DNA of 64,000 bases from an uncultured candidate division Zixibacteria bacterium (GCA_963801605.1 CAWDFP010000002.1:17148-81147); one strand, 5' to 3'; shown: positions 41,845 to 53,227, counted from the stretch's first letter. The notes: a model not told the origin generated them from the sequence alone. A program made the numbers and translations.

Positions 41845-42783
41845 TTATCCTTCAAAAAGGCTCGAGAGCGATTTTTCTTCGTGAATTCGAAGTATGGCGT
41901 CAGCGAATAATCTGGAAACCGATAGCACCTCTATCTTGGGACTCGTCTTTTCCGCCGGATTATAAATCGTATCCGATACGAACAGCTTTTCGATTGGCGA
42001 TTTGTTTAATTTTTCCAGAGCCTGTCCGGAAAGCACGGCATGAGTGCAGGCCGCAATGATTCTTTTAGCACCCCGGTCCCTGAGGACATGGGCGGCCTCG
42101 CACAAAGTACCGGCCGTATCGACCATGTCATCGCGGATAACCACGTTCTTGCCGTCGATATCGCCGATGATATTCATAACTTCAGCTTTATTAATATCGG
42201 GACGCCGCTTATCGATAATGGCGATACTGAAATCAAGGTCTTTGGCAAAAGCACGGACCAGCTTGATCGAGCCAACATCAGGCGTAACCGCCACGGCGCG
42301 GCCGAGGTCGAGTTTCCTGATATGCTCGTTGAATACTTTCGACGAATAAAGGTGGTCGGACGGACAATCGAAAAAGCCCTGAATCTGGGAGGCATGCAAA
42401 TCCATCAGCATGACGCGATCAACTCCGGCGGTGGTTATCAGGTTGGCCATCAACTTGGCTGTAATGGCTACCCTCGGCTGGTCTTTGCGATCCTGGCGGG
42501 CATAACCGTAATAGGGGATAACCGCCGTGATACGTTTGGCTGAAGCCCGACGGCAGGCATCGATCATGATAAACAGTTCCATCAGATTTTCGGCCGGCGG
42601 ATTGGTGGATTGCAGTATAAAAACATCCATGCCGCGAATATTTTCGTTTATCTGGAAAAATATCTCACCGTCCGAAAAATGCTTTAACGTACACTGGGAG
42701 ACTTCCTTGCCGAGATGTCTGGCGACTTGTGCCGCCAGAGGCTGGTTGGAACTCCCTGCAAATAATTTAAATTCGTCTACCAT
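41845..42783 (-). CDS. prs: Ribose-phosphate pyrophosphokinase
   Basis: FSDGE, PYYGYARQDRK, DLHASQIQGFF and DDMVDTAGT motifs. Confidence 0.97.
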   Translation of the reverse strand: MVDEFKLFAGSSNQPLAAQVARHLGKEVSQCTLKHFSDGEIFFQINENIRGMDVFILQSTNPPAENLMELFIMIDACRRASAKRITAVIPYYGYARQDRKDQPRVAITAKLMANLITTAGVDRVMLMDLHASQIQGFFDCPSDHLYSSKVFNEHIRKLDLGRAVAVTPDVGSIKLVRAFAKDLDFSIAIIDKRRPDINKAEVMNIIGDIDGKNVVIRDDMVDTAGTLCEAAHVLRDRGAKRIIAACTHAVLSGQALEKLNKSPIEKLFVSDTIYNPAEKTSPKIEVLSVSRLFADAILRIHEEKSLSSLFEG

Positions 42784-42845
42784 TCCCTTACCCTGAACCC
42801 AGTTTTAGTCTGTTCGGATACTCCATGATATGCCAATACAAAAAA

Positions 42846-42917
42846 CTGGGGCGCCAGGATTCGAACCTGGGATTGCCAGCTCCAAAGGCTGGTGACTTAC
42901 CGCTTGTCGACGCCCCA
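42846..42917 (-). tRNA. tRNA-Gln (TTG)
   Basis: TGGGGCG acceptor stem, anticodon arm CCAGC-CTTTGGA-GCTGG, T-loop GGTTCGAATCC; no encoded CCA; usual position upstream of prs. Confidence 0.95.
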
Positions 42918-42931
42918 AGGCTTAGCCTTAT

Positions 42932-42959
42932 ATAATATTGAAATTTAACCGATTGTCAA
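42932..42959 (-). promoter_or_regulatory. Sigma70-type promoter for tRNA-Gln/prs/rplY
   Basis: TTGACA-16 nt-TATTAT on the minus strand just upstream of the tRNA. Confidence 0.6.
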
Positions 42960-43080
42960 GTATGGTATTGATATTAATTTCCAAAACAGTCTCCCTTTTT
43001 GGAGGCGTATGCCCTGATTTTCCCGGTATCCGATAAAGAAGAGGTTGTAGAATTTCCGAAAATAACTTATATAATCATTC

Positions 43081-44058
43081 ATGAAAAATTCGACTTTTGA
43101 GCCTGTCGAAGCAGGCATTGTAGATATCGCAAAGGCGCCTAAACGACGTTTGCCCTGGCTGGATTGGATATTCAGGCTGAGAATTGAGGAGTTTCTGGCC
43201 CTGATGGCATCCGGGCCAATGGTTTACTACACTTTCAAAGCTTATTTTTACTTCAAGGCTCAGGGGCACATCCCCAGACTATTTATGGGCGATATCCAGC
43301 GCGTAATTGGGATCGTTATCGTTGTAGCCATAGCGCTTTTAATAGTCAAATTTAAGCCGCAGTGGCGATTTCTGCGATCGAGCCTGCCGTTTGCTTATTG
43401 CCTGGCGATCTATACTAATCTTCACGATACAATTCATTTCGTGAATCCCAATGATATTCACTTTGCATTAATAAAGATCGATCAATGGATTTTTGGAGTT
43501 CAGGCCTCGGTTTGGGCTCAACAGTTTATTCATCCCTGGTTAACCGAGGTGTTCTCATTCTGTTATTGGATCTATTTTATCTTGATTCCGCTGGTGGCCG
43601 TGATTCTTTATATCCAGAAAAGATATCCACAGTTTCGCGAGGCGCTGATTTCAACTATTCTGTGCTTCTATGCCGGATATGTCCTCTATCTAATATTTCC
43701 GGCGGTGTCACCCAGCGTCATTTTAAAGGATATGTATACTGTTAAGCTTAACGGTACACCGTTGACCGATGCTACCATGGGAATTGCCAACTCGCTGCCG
43801 TCTGATGTCAGAGACGCATTTCCGTCGCTTCATGCCGCTATCGCGATTCTTTCCCTTCTATTTGCCTGGAAATATATCCGTTTACTATTTTGGATTCTTC
43901 TGCCGGTCTGTACCGGTTTGGTGCTTTCCACAATCTACCTCAGGCATCATTATGTAATCGATTTGCCCGCCGGATTCTTGCTGGGATATCTGGCTTTTAA
44001 ATATGGCGGTAAAATCGATGCCTGGTGGTGTTCGAAACACCCGGATTTTAACTCCTAA
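43081..44058 (+). CDS. PAP2-superfamily membrane protein (AUR1/IPC-synthase-like)
   Basis: YLIFPAVSP, AFPSLH and STIYLRHHYVID motifs. Confidence 0.85.
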   Translation: MKNSTFEPVEAGIVDIAKAPKRRLPWLDWIFRLRIEEFLALMASGPMVYYTFKAYFYFKAQGHIPRLFMGDIQRVIGIVIVVAIALLIVKFKPQWRFLRSSLPFAYCLAIYTNLHDTIHFVNPNDIHFALIKIDQWIFGVQASVWAQQFIHPWLTEVFSFCYWIYFILIPLVAVILYIQKRYPQFREALISTILCFYAGYVLYLIFPAVSPSVILKDMYTVKLNGTPLTDATMGIANSLPSDVRDAFPSLHAAIAILSLLFAWKYIRLLFWILLPVCTGLVLSTIYLRHHYVIDLPAGFLLGYLAFKYGGKIDAWWCSKHPDFNS

Positions 44059-44059
44059 A

Positions 44060-45349
44060 ATGACCAGAATTGCTTTTGTTTCGGTAGGCTGTAAGCTCAA
44101 CCGATACGAAATTCAATTGATGTCGGAGGCGCTGGCTCCATACGGCATTATAACAGTGCCCTTTTCTCAGCAGGCCGATTGCTATGTTATCAATACATGC
44201 AGTGTCACCAGTGACGCCGATCTCTCATCGCGGCAGCTAATCAGGCGAGCCAGGCGGCAGAATCCTACCGCAAAGGTTATCGCCACCGGTTGCTATGCGC
44301 AGCTTCGCCCTGACGAGATGAAGGAGCTTGAGCTTGACGCTGTCATCTCAAATCAGGAAAAGGAAAACCTGCCCGAAGTTGTGCTGCAACTGTTTGGCAT
44401 CGTTGATAAATCGATAATTAAGACCGATGATCTGACGATTTCGGGAATGAATGGGATGACGAGAGCCTTCGTAAAGATCGAGGACGGTTGCGATGAGGAA
44501 TGCGCCTTTTGTACGATCTGGATAGCACGCGGGCCGGTGCGCTCAAGAAAAGCCGGTACCATTATCGAAGAGGTAAATAAGCTTTCGGCCAACGGATTCA
44601 AAGAGGCAGCGCTAACCGGAGTGCATATAGGAAAATATTCATCGGACGCCCTTGATTTTATTGGCTTGCTCAGAGAATTGTTAAAGAAAACCTCGATTCC
44701 CCGTATCAGGTTATCATCATTAAATCCTCTCGAAATAACGGATGAGCTGATATCTCTGATGGCGATTGAGCCGCGGCTTTGTCCCCATATTCATCTTTCG
44801 ATCCAATCGGGCGATGATGATATCCTTCGAATGATGGGTAGAAAGTACAGCCGTTCCGATATAATTTCGGTCACGAGGCGTCTTACAAACGCTATCCCCG
44901 AGATAACAATCGGAGCTGATATTATCGCGGGCTTTCCGGGCGAATCTATCGAATCGTTCGAAAATACCAGGAATCTTATCGATGAATGCGCCCTGAATCA
45001 TCTTCATATCTTCCCATATTCAGATCGTCCCGGCACCAAATCGTCAACTATGAGCGGCAAGGTCCCGATAGAGGAGAGGCATCGGCGAACGGCTATACTT
45101 CGCGACATCGGCCGCCTCAAAAAGGCGAAACATCTTGAAAAGTTCGTTGGTAAGAGTTTGCAGGTGCTGTTTGAAAACAGGGAACTCAGTAATAAGATGA
45201 CCGGACTCTCGGGAAATTATCTAAGGGTGGATGCTCCTCTCGACAAGCGTTGCCTGGGTGAAATCGTAGAGGTAAAGCTCGCTATGGTCCGAGGCGAAAA
45301 ATTGATAACAAAATTCAATACCGAGATATCTCCGGCAAAAAAGGGTTGA
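44060..45349 (+). CDS. mtaB: tRNA t6A37 methylthiotransferase
   Basis: GCKLNRYE, NTCSVT, TGCYAQ, KIEDGCDEECAFC radical SAM motif, LTGVHIG and FPYSDRPGT. Confidence 0.9.
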   Translation: MTRIAFVSVGCKLNRYEIQLMSEALAPYGIITVPFSQQADCYVINTCSVTSDADLSSRQLIRRARRQNPTAKVIATGCYAQLRPDEMKELELDAVISNQEKENLPEVVLQLFGIVDKSIIKTDDLTISGMNGMTRAFVKIEDGCDEECAFCTIWIARGPVRSRKAGTIIEEVNKLSANGFKEAALTGVHIGKYSSDALDFIGLLRELLKKTSIPRIRLSSLNPLEITDELISLMAIEPRLCPHIHLSIQSGDDDILRMMGRKYSRSDIISVTRRLTNAIPEITIGADIIAGFPGESIESFENTRNLIDECALNHLHIFPYSDRPGTKSSTMSGKVPIEERHRRTAILRDIGRLKKAKHLEKFVGKSLQVLFENRELSNKMTGLSGNYLRVDAPLDKRCLGEIVEVKLAMVRGEKLITKFNTEISPAKKG

Positions 45350-45374
45350 CATTCAGCCGGGGGGCGGATATTAT
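45346..45374 (+). promoter_or_regulatory. Sigma70 promoter of the nuo operon
   Basis: TTGACA (45346-51), 17 nt spacer, TATTAT (45369-74). Confidence 0.7.
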
Positions 45375-45454
45375 TTACGAACCTCCGGTGGAGGTTAAGT
45401 CTCTGAAGTATTTGGTAGATAAGCTCTGTGAGGAGCTTATAATCGGAAATGGAA

Positions 45455-45472
45455 TTGTGAAAAATATCACGC
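45455..45472 (+). promoter_or_regulatory. Rex/CRP-like palindromic operator upstream of nuoA
   Basis: TTGTGA-AAAATA-TCACgc versus the Rex consensus TTGTGAANNNNTTCACAA. Confidence 0.5.
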
Positions 45473-45487
45473 GACTTGAGGCAATAA

Positions 45488-45844
45488 ATGTTTGAAATAT
45501 ATTTCCCGATCGCTCTGCTGTTTTTCTTCGCGCTGGCAGTGGTTCTGATTATGATCTATCTGCCTAAACTATTGGCGCCCAAGACAAAGGGGCGGCGAAT
45601 ACTATCGCCTTATGAATGCGGTATTATACCGGAAACGGACGCTCGCGCCAAGTTTCCCATCAAGTTCTATATGATAGCAATTCTTTTTATCATATTCGAT
45701 CTGGAGATTGTTTTTCTATATCCCTGGGCTTTGATTTTACGTCAGCTTAAGATGTTCGCCTTTGTCGAAATGCTGATATTTGTCGGGATTCTGCTTCTCG
45801 GTTACCTTTATATCATTAAAAAGGGAGCCTTGAAATGGGAATAG
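45488..45844 (+). CDS. nuoA: NADH-quinone oxidoreductase subunit A
   Basis: PYECG and [14 protein letters not shown] motifs. Confidence 0.95.
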   Translation: MFEIYFPIALLFFFALAVVLIMIYLPKLLAPKTKGRRILSPYECGIIPETDARAKFPIKFYMIAILFIIFDLEIVFLYPWALILRQLKMFAFVEMLIFVGILLLGYLYIIKKGALKWE

Positions 45845-46314
45845 AAAAATATATACCCGACGGCATATTACTGACCACGGTCGAAAAGGCAGTTAACTGG
45901 TCGCGGCGCTCCTCGCTCTGGCCGTTGGGATTCGGCCTGGCCTGCTGCGCGATAGAGATGATGTCAACATTTGCCTCGCGTTACGATTTAGCGCGATTCG
46001 GAATGGAGGTCATGCGTTCCTCCCCAAGGCAGGCAGACCTGATGATTGTGGCTGGACGAGTGTCGGTCAGAATGGCGCCGGTAATCAGGCAGCTATATGA
46101 TCAAATGCCCAGTCCCAAATATGTAATTTCGATGGGCGCTTGCGCCTCCACAGGCGGCGTGTTCAACAACTATGCGGTCGTGCAAGGCGTCGATAGAATC
46201 CTGCCGGTTGATGTTTATGTGCCGGGATGTCCGCCCAGGCCGGAACAATTGATCGAAGGAATTTTGAAGCTAATGGACAAAATCGAGCATCATAAGCTCG
46301 GCAGTGAAAACTAA
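45835..46314 (+). CDS. nuoB: NADH-quinone oxidoreductase subunit B
   Basis: [15 protein letters not shown] and [10 protein letters not shown] motifs. Confidence 0.97.
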   Translation: MGIEKYIPDGILLTTVEKAVNWSRRSSLWPLGFGLACCAIEMMSTFASRYDLARFGMEVMRSSPRQADLMIVAGRVSVRMAPVIRQLYDQMPSPKYVISMGACASTGGVFNNYAVVQGVDRILPVDVYVPGCPPRPEQLIEGILKLMDKIEHHKLGSEN

Positions 46315-46316
46315 AG

Positions 46317-46856
46317 ATGTCTATTACCGAAGAAAAGCTGAAAAAAGAATATTCCGACAGAGTTTTGGAGATATATACTTACAGAGGCGATCTGAACGTT
46401 GTCCTGAAGCCTCAGGATATTCCTGAAATCTGCCGCTTCTTGAAAACCGATCCCGATCTCAAATATAACTTTCTCTCCTGCATTACCGCGGTGGATTACC
46501 TGGGAATTAAAGAAAAACGTTTTGAAGTTGTCTATATCCTTTTCTCGATTGCAAATAAATATCGTTTGATTCTTAAAACCCGCGTGGACGAAAACGAGGA
46601 GATTCCATCGCTTACGTCACTATGGGGCACCGCCAACTGGCAGGAACGGGAAGTATTCGATATGTTCGGACTCAAGTTTGCGGGTCATCCCAATCTTACT
46701 CGGATTCTAATGGATGAGAATTGGATCGGGTATCCGCAGCGCAAGGATTTCCCGTTAACTTACGAAGTCCCCAACTTCAGTTATAATAAAGACGAGGTTG
46801 ATACTCGAAAGAAGTCGCCCTGGAGAGGAGACGAGTGGCCGCCAGAGAAACAATGA
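46317..46856 (+). CDS. nuoC: NADH-quinone oxidoreductase subunit C
   Basis: [13 protein letters not shown]...GHP...RIL...PQRKDFP. Confidence 0.95.
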   Translation: MSITEEKLKKEYSDRVLEIYTYRGDLNVVLKPQDIPEICRFLKTDPDLKYNFLSCITAVDYLGIKEKRFEVVYILFSIANKYRLILKTRVDENEEIPSLTSLWGTANWQEREVFDMFGLKFAGHPNLTRILMDENWIGYPQRKDFPLTYEVPNFSYNKDEVDTRKKSPWRGDEWPPEKQ

Positions 46857-48007
46857 TGCTCAACATGGGCCCTCAGCATCCTGCCACCCACGGCGTGCTG
46901 AGGATAGAGCTTGAGCTTGACGGCGAAACCGTTGTCGAGGCCAGGCCGGTAATCGGCTATCTCCATACCGGTATCGAAAAGAACATGGAGGACAAGACTT
47001 ATCTCCAGGCCCTCACCATGACCGACCGCATGGACTACCTGGCGCCGCTATCGAACAATCTCGTTTATATCGGCGCGCTGGAAAAGCTCATGGAAATCGA
47101 GGTGCCGCCAAGAGCCGAATATATTCGAGTCATTCTAACCGAGCTTACCCGGATAAATTCGCATCTGGTTTGGGTTGGTACACATGCTATAGATATCGGG
47201 GCCATGTCGATGCTTCTCTATGCTTTCAGGGAGCGCGAGAAAATCACCCAAATGTATGAGTTTGTGTCCGGAGTACGCATGATGGCCTCATATTTCCGGT
47301 TGGGCGGCCTCACTCAGGATGTACCATCCGGATTCGAGGAACGAGTTCGGGATATTCTCGATACATTGCCCGCTAAAATCGATGAATATGAAGGACTGCT
47401 AACTGAAAATAAGATCTGGCGCAATCGCACGATTGGTGTGGGCGTAATTTCCGCTGATGATGCTGTCGATGCCGGCCTATCGGGCCCCAGTCTTCGGGGA
47501 AGCGGCTTAGCCTGGGATATTCGCAAATCTAATCCTTATTCATATTACGATAAATTCGAATTCGATATTGCGGTCGGCAAAAACGGCGATTGCTATGACC
47601 GTTATCTGGTCAGGCTCGAGGAGATGCGTCAGTCGCTTCGCATTATCAGGCAGGCAATCGACGGTCTTCCCGGCGGACCGGTGCGCGTGGAGAATGGCAA
47701 AGTTACGCCGCCGCCTAAAATCGAGGTTCTGACCGGGATGGAGCAGCTTATTCACCACTTCAAGTTGGTGGTTCACGGCATATTGCCGCCGGTCGGCGAT
47801 GTTTATTTCGCGATTGAATCCCCCAAGGGAGAGATTGGCTGCTACCTGGTATCTGATGGTTCGAAAAAACCGTACAGGGTGCATTTCAGGCCGCCGTCAT
47901 TTGTTAATATATCGGCATTCAACAAGTTAGTGGCAGGCCGAATGATAGCCGATGTTATCGCCTGTATCGGTTCGCTCGATATCGTGCTTGGAGAGATCGA
48001 TAGGTAA
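46835..48007 (+). CDS. nuoD: NADH-quinone oxidoreductase subunit D
   Basis: [28 protein letters not shown] and DIVLGEIDR motifs. Confidence 0.97.
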   Translation: MAARETMMLNMGPQHPATHGVLRIELELDGETVVEARPVIGYLHTGIEKNMEDKTYLQALTMTDRMDYLAPLSNNLVYIGALEKLMEIEVPPRAEYIRVILTELTRINSHLVWVGTHAIDIGAMSMLLYAFREREKITQMYEFVSGVRMMASYFRLGGLTQDVPSGFEERVRDILDTLPAKIDEYEGLLTENKIWRNRTIGVGVISADDAVDAGLSGPSLRGSGLAWDIRKSNPYSYYDKFEFDIAVGKNGDCYDRYLVRLEEMRQSLRIIRQAIDGLPGGPVRVENGKVTPPPKIEVLTGMEQLIHHFKLVVHGILPPVGDVYFAIESPKGEIGCYLVSDGSKKPYRVHFRPPSFVNISAFNKLVAGRMIADVIACIGSLDIVLGEIDR

Positions 48008-48021
48008 TCGGGAGCTATAGG

Positions 48022-48519
48022 TTGGAAAAGACAGGAAAACTTTCGGATTCATCGATAAAGGAGATTCAGCGGCTCAAGGGGCTTTATCCCCGGCGCAATT
48101 CTGCCATATTGATGGTGCTGCATGCTGTTCATCGTCAATTTGGTTATTTAGATCGCGTGGCATTGAAAGAAGCCTCCGAAATAATGGAACTCCCTTATAT
48201 AGATTTTGAGCAAGCCGCCAGTTTTTATACTCTGTTTCCCAATAAGCCCGTCGGGAAATATCATATTCAGGTTTGCCGAACTCTTTCCTGTCAACTTCGC
48301 GGAGCGGAGGAGTTAACAGCGATGCTAAAGGAAAAGCTTGGCATCGGAATTGGTGGAGTAACAGAAGACGGATTATTTTCGCTGGCCGAAGTGGAATGCC
48401 TGGGTTCCTGTGGTACTGCGCCCATGATGCAGATCAATGAAACGTATTATGAAAATCTGACCCGCGAACGCGTCAATCAAATTCTGGATGAACTTAGGAA
48501 AAAAGCACAGCATGGCTGA
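48022..48519 (+). CDS. nuoE: NADH-quinone oxidoreductase subunit E
   Basis: VCRTLSC and ECLGSCGTAP (2Fe-2S) motifs. Confidence 0.95.
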   Translation: MEKTGKLSDSSIKEIQRLKGLYPRRNSAILMVLHAVHRQFGYLDRVALKEASEIMELPYIDFEQAASFYTLFPNKPVGKYHIQVCRTLSCQLRGAEELTAMLKEKLGIGIGGVTEDGLFSLAEVECLGSCGTAPMMQINETYYENLTRERVNQILDELRKKAQHG

Positions 48520-49804
48520 GTTCGAGAAGATACTATTCAAAAATATTAATTTTCCCGGCCAGGACCGAATTGATACTTATATCCAAAACGGAGGGTATCA
48601 GGCGCTTGAAAAGGCTGTCACCGGGATGAAGCCAGAGGAAGTGATTGACGAAGTAATCAAATCTGGCCTTCGCGGACGGGGAGGCGCCGGATTTCCCACC
48701 GGCCGCAAGTGGTCGTTTTTACCCAAAGGAGTCAATAAACCGGTTTACTTAACAGTCAACGCCGATGAATCTGAGCCGGGGACATTCAAAGATCGTCAAC
48801 TCATGGAATTTGAGCCGCACCTGATACTCGAAGGTGTCCTGATTTCGGCCTATGCCATTAATTGCAAAATTGCATTTATATATATCAGAGGGGAATTTGC
48901 CTACGCCGCGGCGCAGCTTAACCGTGCGATTGAAGAAGCCCGCGCTAAAGGATTCTTAGGCAAAAATATTTTCGGAAAAGGTATAGATATCGAAGTGGTT
49001 GTTCATCGCGGCGGCGGGGCGTATATCTGCGGCGAGGAAACGGCCCTTTTGACATCGCTTGAAGGCGGCATGGGATATCCCAGAATCAAACCACCATTTC
49101 CTGCGATCGCCGGGCTTTACGGCTGCCCAACGATTATCAATAATATCGAGACTCTGGCCAATGTCCCCCATATCATTAATCGCGGGGCACAGTGGTTTGC
49201 ATCGATAGGTACGCCCAAATCGACCGGCAGCAAGATTTTTTGCATGTCGGGGCATGTCAATAAGCCGGGAAATTACGAGCTTCCGATGGGCGTTTCGCTC
49301 AGAGAATTAATATATGAACATGCCGGTGGAATTAAGGACGGACGCAATCTTAAGGCTGTCATTCCGGGCGGTTCCTCAGTGCCAGTTCTGACTGCGGATA
49401 AGATCGATGTTCACATGGATTTCGAATCGTTAGCCGAGGCTGGAACGATGTTAGGATCGGCAGGCGTGATAGTGATAGACGAAGCGACTTGTATTGTGCG
49501 AACCGCCTACAATCTGGCTCATTTCTATCAACATGAATCATGCGGGCAATGCACACCCTGTCGTCAAGGTACTTATTGGATGCTGGCAATTCTGCATCGA
49601 ATCGAACATGGCGAGGGCACCATGGAGGATCTCGAGACGCTATTAGATGCCTGCGATAATATCGAAGGAAATACAATCTGTCCGTTGGGCGATGCGGCAG
49701 TACCTTCGGTGCGTTCAACTATCAGGCAGTTCCGCAGTGAGTACGAATATCATATTACTCACAAAAGCTGTTTGCCGGATACCGGTCCATCGAGGTTTGA
49801 GTAA
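48512..49804 (+). CDS. nuoF: NADH-quinone oxidoreductase subunit F
   Basis: GRGGAGFPTG, NADESEPG, GAYICGEE and ESCGQCTPCR motifs. Confidence 0.97.
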   Translation: MAEFEKILFKNINFPGQDRIDTYIQNGGYQALEKAVTGMKPEEVIDEVIKSGLRGRGGAGFPTGRKWSFLPKGVNKPVYLTVNADESEPGTFKDRQLMEFEPHLILEGVLISAYAINCKIAFIYIRGEFAYAAAQLNRAIEEARAKGFLGKNIFGKGIDIEVVVHRGGGAYICGEETALLTSLEGGMGYPRIKPPFPAIAGLYGCPTIINNIETLANVPHIINRGAQWFASIGTPKSTGSKIFCMSGHVNKPGNYELPMGVSLRELIYEHAGGIKDGRNLKAVIPGGSSVPVLTADKIDVHMDFESLAEAGTMLGSAGVIVIDEATCIVRTAYNLAHFYQHESCGQCTPCRQGTYWMLAILHRIEHGEGTMEDLETLLDACDNIEGNTICPLGDAAVPSVRSTIRQFRSEYEYHITHKSCLPDTGPSRFE

Positions 49805-49809
49805 AATAT

Positions 49810-52235
49810 ATGGCTGATAATATCACATTAACTATAGACGGAAGAAGCGTTGAGGTACCTCCGGGAACTCTCATCCTTCAAGCGGCCAAACAGCTGGGTA
49901 TAGTTATACCGACTTTCTGCTATGATGATCGTTTGCGTTCCGTGGGAGCATGCAGAATGTGCCTGGTTGAAGTTGAGAAATCGCCAAAGCTGATTGCATC
50001 CTGCGCTACTCCGGTCGCTCCCGGGATGGTGGTGCACACTGCATCGCCGAGAGTGATCAAAGCCAGAAAAGGAGTTCTGGAGTTCCTTCTGATAAATCAT
50101 CCGCTCGATTGCCCAACCTGCGACAAAGGCGGCGAATGTCCTCTTCAGAATTTAACTTATGATTACGGTCCGGCAGCTTCGACGCTATAGAGAACACAAA
50201 ATCAGGTTTATCGAGGATATCAATCAGAAATTCGATGAAATTCCGCTTGGCCCGGAAATACTTATCTGCCGAAACCGCTGTATCATGTGTTACAAATGCG
50301 TTCGAATCGTACGGGAGTTGGCGGGCGAGGCTGACCTGGGCGTTTTCCGTCGGGGAGCATTTGCCAATATTAACGCCTTGGATGAAGTTGCCTTTGCCGA
50401 CGAATTTTCCGGCAACACTGTCGAATATTGCCCGGTGGGAGCGTTGCTATCGCGTTCGTTCAAATACAAGATTCGCGATTGGCTCTTAAAGCACTGCCTC
50501 ATCTGTCTGCAATCTTTGCCCGGTTGGATGCAATATGACTATCGACTGGTCCGGCGGTAAGGTTTATCGGCACATGTCTCGTCGCAACGATGAGGTTGAA
50601 CAGGGTTGGCTGTGCGATAGGGGCCGCTATAGCTTTGATATTTCCAGGTCCGAGGACAGGATTCTAATATCCCAAATAAAGAGGGGCGCCTCGCTGGAGC
50701 CATGCAGTTTCGACGAGGCCGCTATGGTGGTTGCCAAACATCTCCGGAAAATCATTACCGAAAATCGCGGGTCCGAGGTAGCGGCGGTTGGCTCGGCTAA
50801 TCTTTCGAACGAGGAAGCTTACGCCATCAGGCGCTTTTTTAACGATGCCATCAAAACCAACGCTATCGATTTCCAGACCGACTCAATTCAGCCATTAGAA
50901 GCCGAACAGATTGATTTGGTGGGTCTTTCCGGCACGCTTCAGGAGCTTGAAAAGGAACCGCTGTTTCTGTTTGTAGGATGCGATCCCGCGGTCGAACAGC
51001 CGGTGGCCGCTCTTCGAATCAAGAAGGGCATCTCCCAAAACGGGACGATGGCGATGTTCCTGGGTTCATACGATAAGCGTTTGGGAAATTTCCCGGTTAC
51101 CAATATCAGAATTCCGTTTGGCCTTGAACCGGAGGCGCTGGAGCTAATTGCCTCGAAGCTTACAGGGAACAGTATTTCGGGTAATCCCAGGTTGAGTGTC
51201 GACGGCCTTTCTGAGTTAGCTGATCTTATCAAGAGTTCAAAAGGTATTCATATCGTTACCGGCCGCGGCTTTTTTAGTCATCCCGACCGAACTCGTTTCC
51301 TGGCCGCTCTCTTGAAACTCAAAAAGGTTTCCGGCGGTAAGCTATCGATTCTACCGTCCCAGGGGAATTTTATCGGCGTCTCGCATTTCGGACTATTCGG
51401 AGAGCCGGAGCATTCATTCGGCAAAATTCTGGAACGAATCGACGCCGGTGAGATTAAGACTCTGTTCGTTTTCGGGGCTAATCCCGTAGATGAGTATCCG
51501 GATCGCAAATATGTTCAGGAAATCTTGAAGAAGCTTGAGCTTTTGGTTGTTTCAGCGCCTTTTATCCATGCTACGGCCGCTCTGGCGAGCGTGGTTTTTC
51601 CTCAAGCGATGCTGCCTGATTATGGGGGGACTTTCGTTAATATCGAGGGCCGTATTCAATTGTTTAACCCTATGGCCGAGGCTCCTAAATCCGAAGTTAA
51701 GCCTGCCTGGGGTATAATCAGCGAGCTATCAAGCATTATGGATTTGGGGCATGTTTGGTATTCCGACAGACAGATTCGGGAAGATATCTCGACAAAATTA
51801 AACGGCATGGAAAATTTAATTTCGATTCCGCCCCAGGGACTGGTATTCCCGTTTATTAGCCAGGACGGCTATATTCCGGAGACGAAAGCGGCATTATCTA
51901 TTCCCCAGCCGACTACCGAACATCCCTATATTATGCAATGGGCGCCATCGGTTCATCACAACGGGTGGCTCACCGAAAAATCCGAAAACCTGATGAGGAT
52001 TTCGGGCGACCAGTATGCCATAGTGCATCCACTCGATGCCGCCAAAGAGGGTTGCGATGAAGGCCAGGTAGTACGAATTGCCTCCGATGGCTTCGCACTG
52101 AATATTCCCATTAATATCAGCGAGCATGTTAATCAGGGAGAGATTCTAATAATAAATTCATTCTCCAAAAATCCGGTTAACAAGCTCATGAAAAAAGATA
52201 TGCCGGTTACATTCGTTTCCTTGAGGAAAATCTGA
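49810..52235 (+). CDS. nuoG: NADH-quinone oxidoreductase subunit G, split by two +1 frameshifts near 50180 and 50490 (probable sequencing errors)
   Basis: IPTFCY...GACRMC and NHPLDCPTCDKGGEC in the first frame, RCIMCYKCVR...CPVGAL in the second, CNLCPVGC...WLCDRGRY plus the molybdopterin-like C-terminal region in the third. Confidence 0.9.
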
Positions 52236-53227
52236 TGCTCCTTGCGGCCATATTTATCGTTGTAAAGGTGATCGTAATATTCGCCGGTCTTATGACGGCC
52301 ATCGCCTATACGACTTATTTTGAACGCAAGGTGGTGGCTCATATTCAAAATCGCATTGGTCCGAATCGTACCGGACCATTTGGCTTACTGCAGCCAATTG
52401 CCGACGCCATCAAGCTGCTTTTCAAGGAAGAGATTGAACCGTCGACCGCCAACCGCTTTCTCTATATCTTAGCGCCGATTCTCTCCTTTGTCGCCGCCAT
52501 AACTGCATTTGCGGTCATCCCGGTTGGAAATTTAATTAATGTTGCCGGACATCCCGTAGAACTAATCGTTTCTAATTTGGGAATCGGTATTCTATTTATT
52601 CTGGCAGTTTCATCGCTGGGAATTTACGGAGTGGTCATGGCCGGATGGTCGTCCAATTCCAAATATTCTCTGCTTGGAGGGATCAGATCAACCGCCCAGC
52701 TAATCAGCTATGAGGTTTCGATTGGCCTGGGTATAATCGGCGTATTGATGTTAAGCCAGACGCTTTCGATAAATGAGATCGTCCATCAGCAATCGGGTTC
52801 GATATTTAACTGGTATTTTTTCCGTCAGCCGGTAGCCTTTTTCATATATTTCATCTCCGCGATAGCCGAAACCAACCGCAGTCCGTTCGATCTGCCGGAG
52901 GCTGAATCCGAACTCGTGGCCGGGTATCATACCGAATATTCGGGAATGAGGTTTGGTATTTTCTATCTGGGCGAGTATGCCAATATGATTACGGTCAGCG
53001 CCATTGCCGCCAGTCTATTTTTCGGCGGCTGGAACGGCCCGTTTTTGCCGCCGGTAATCTGGTTTTTAATAAAGGTGATCGGATTTCTTTTCATCTATGT
53101 CTGGGTGCGCGGCACTCTTCCCAGGCTCCGTTACGATCAACTGATGCGCTTTGGATGGATGGTCCTCTTTCCGCTGGGATTGCTTAATGTTTTGATCACA
53201 GCGTTTATTGTGGTAATGAGGAGTTAG
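52235..53227 (+). CDS. nuoH: NADH-quinone oxidoreductase subunit H
   Basis: ERK...QNRIGPN, AETNRSPFDLPEAESELVAG and PRLRYDQ motifs. Confidence 0.97.
   Translation: MLLAAIFIVVKVIVIFAGLMTAIAYTTYFERKVVAHIQNRIGPNRTGPFGLLQPIADAIKLLFKEEIEPSTANRFLYILAPILSFVAAITAFAVIPVGNLINVAGHPVELIVSNLGIGILFILAVSSLGIYGVVMAGWSSNSKYSLLGGIRSTAQLISYEVSIGLGIIGVLMLSQTLSINEIVHQQSGSIFNWYFFRQPVAFFIYFISAIAETNRSPFDLPEAESELVAGYHTEYSGMRFGIFYLGEYANMITVSAIAASLFFGGWNGPFLPPVIWFLIKVIGFLFIYVWVRGTLPRLRYDQLMRFGWMVLFPLGLLNVLITAFIVVMRS

Noticed and set aside
49810..52235. Programmed frameshifting or a genuinely split nuoG
   Set aside because: No slippery heptamer or stimulator, and the same +1 pattern recurs in unrelated genes; sequencing error is more parsimonious.
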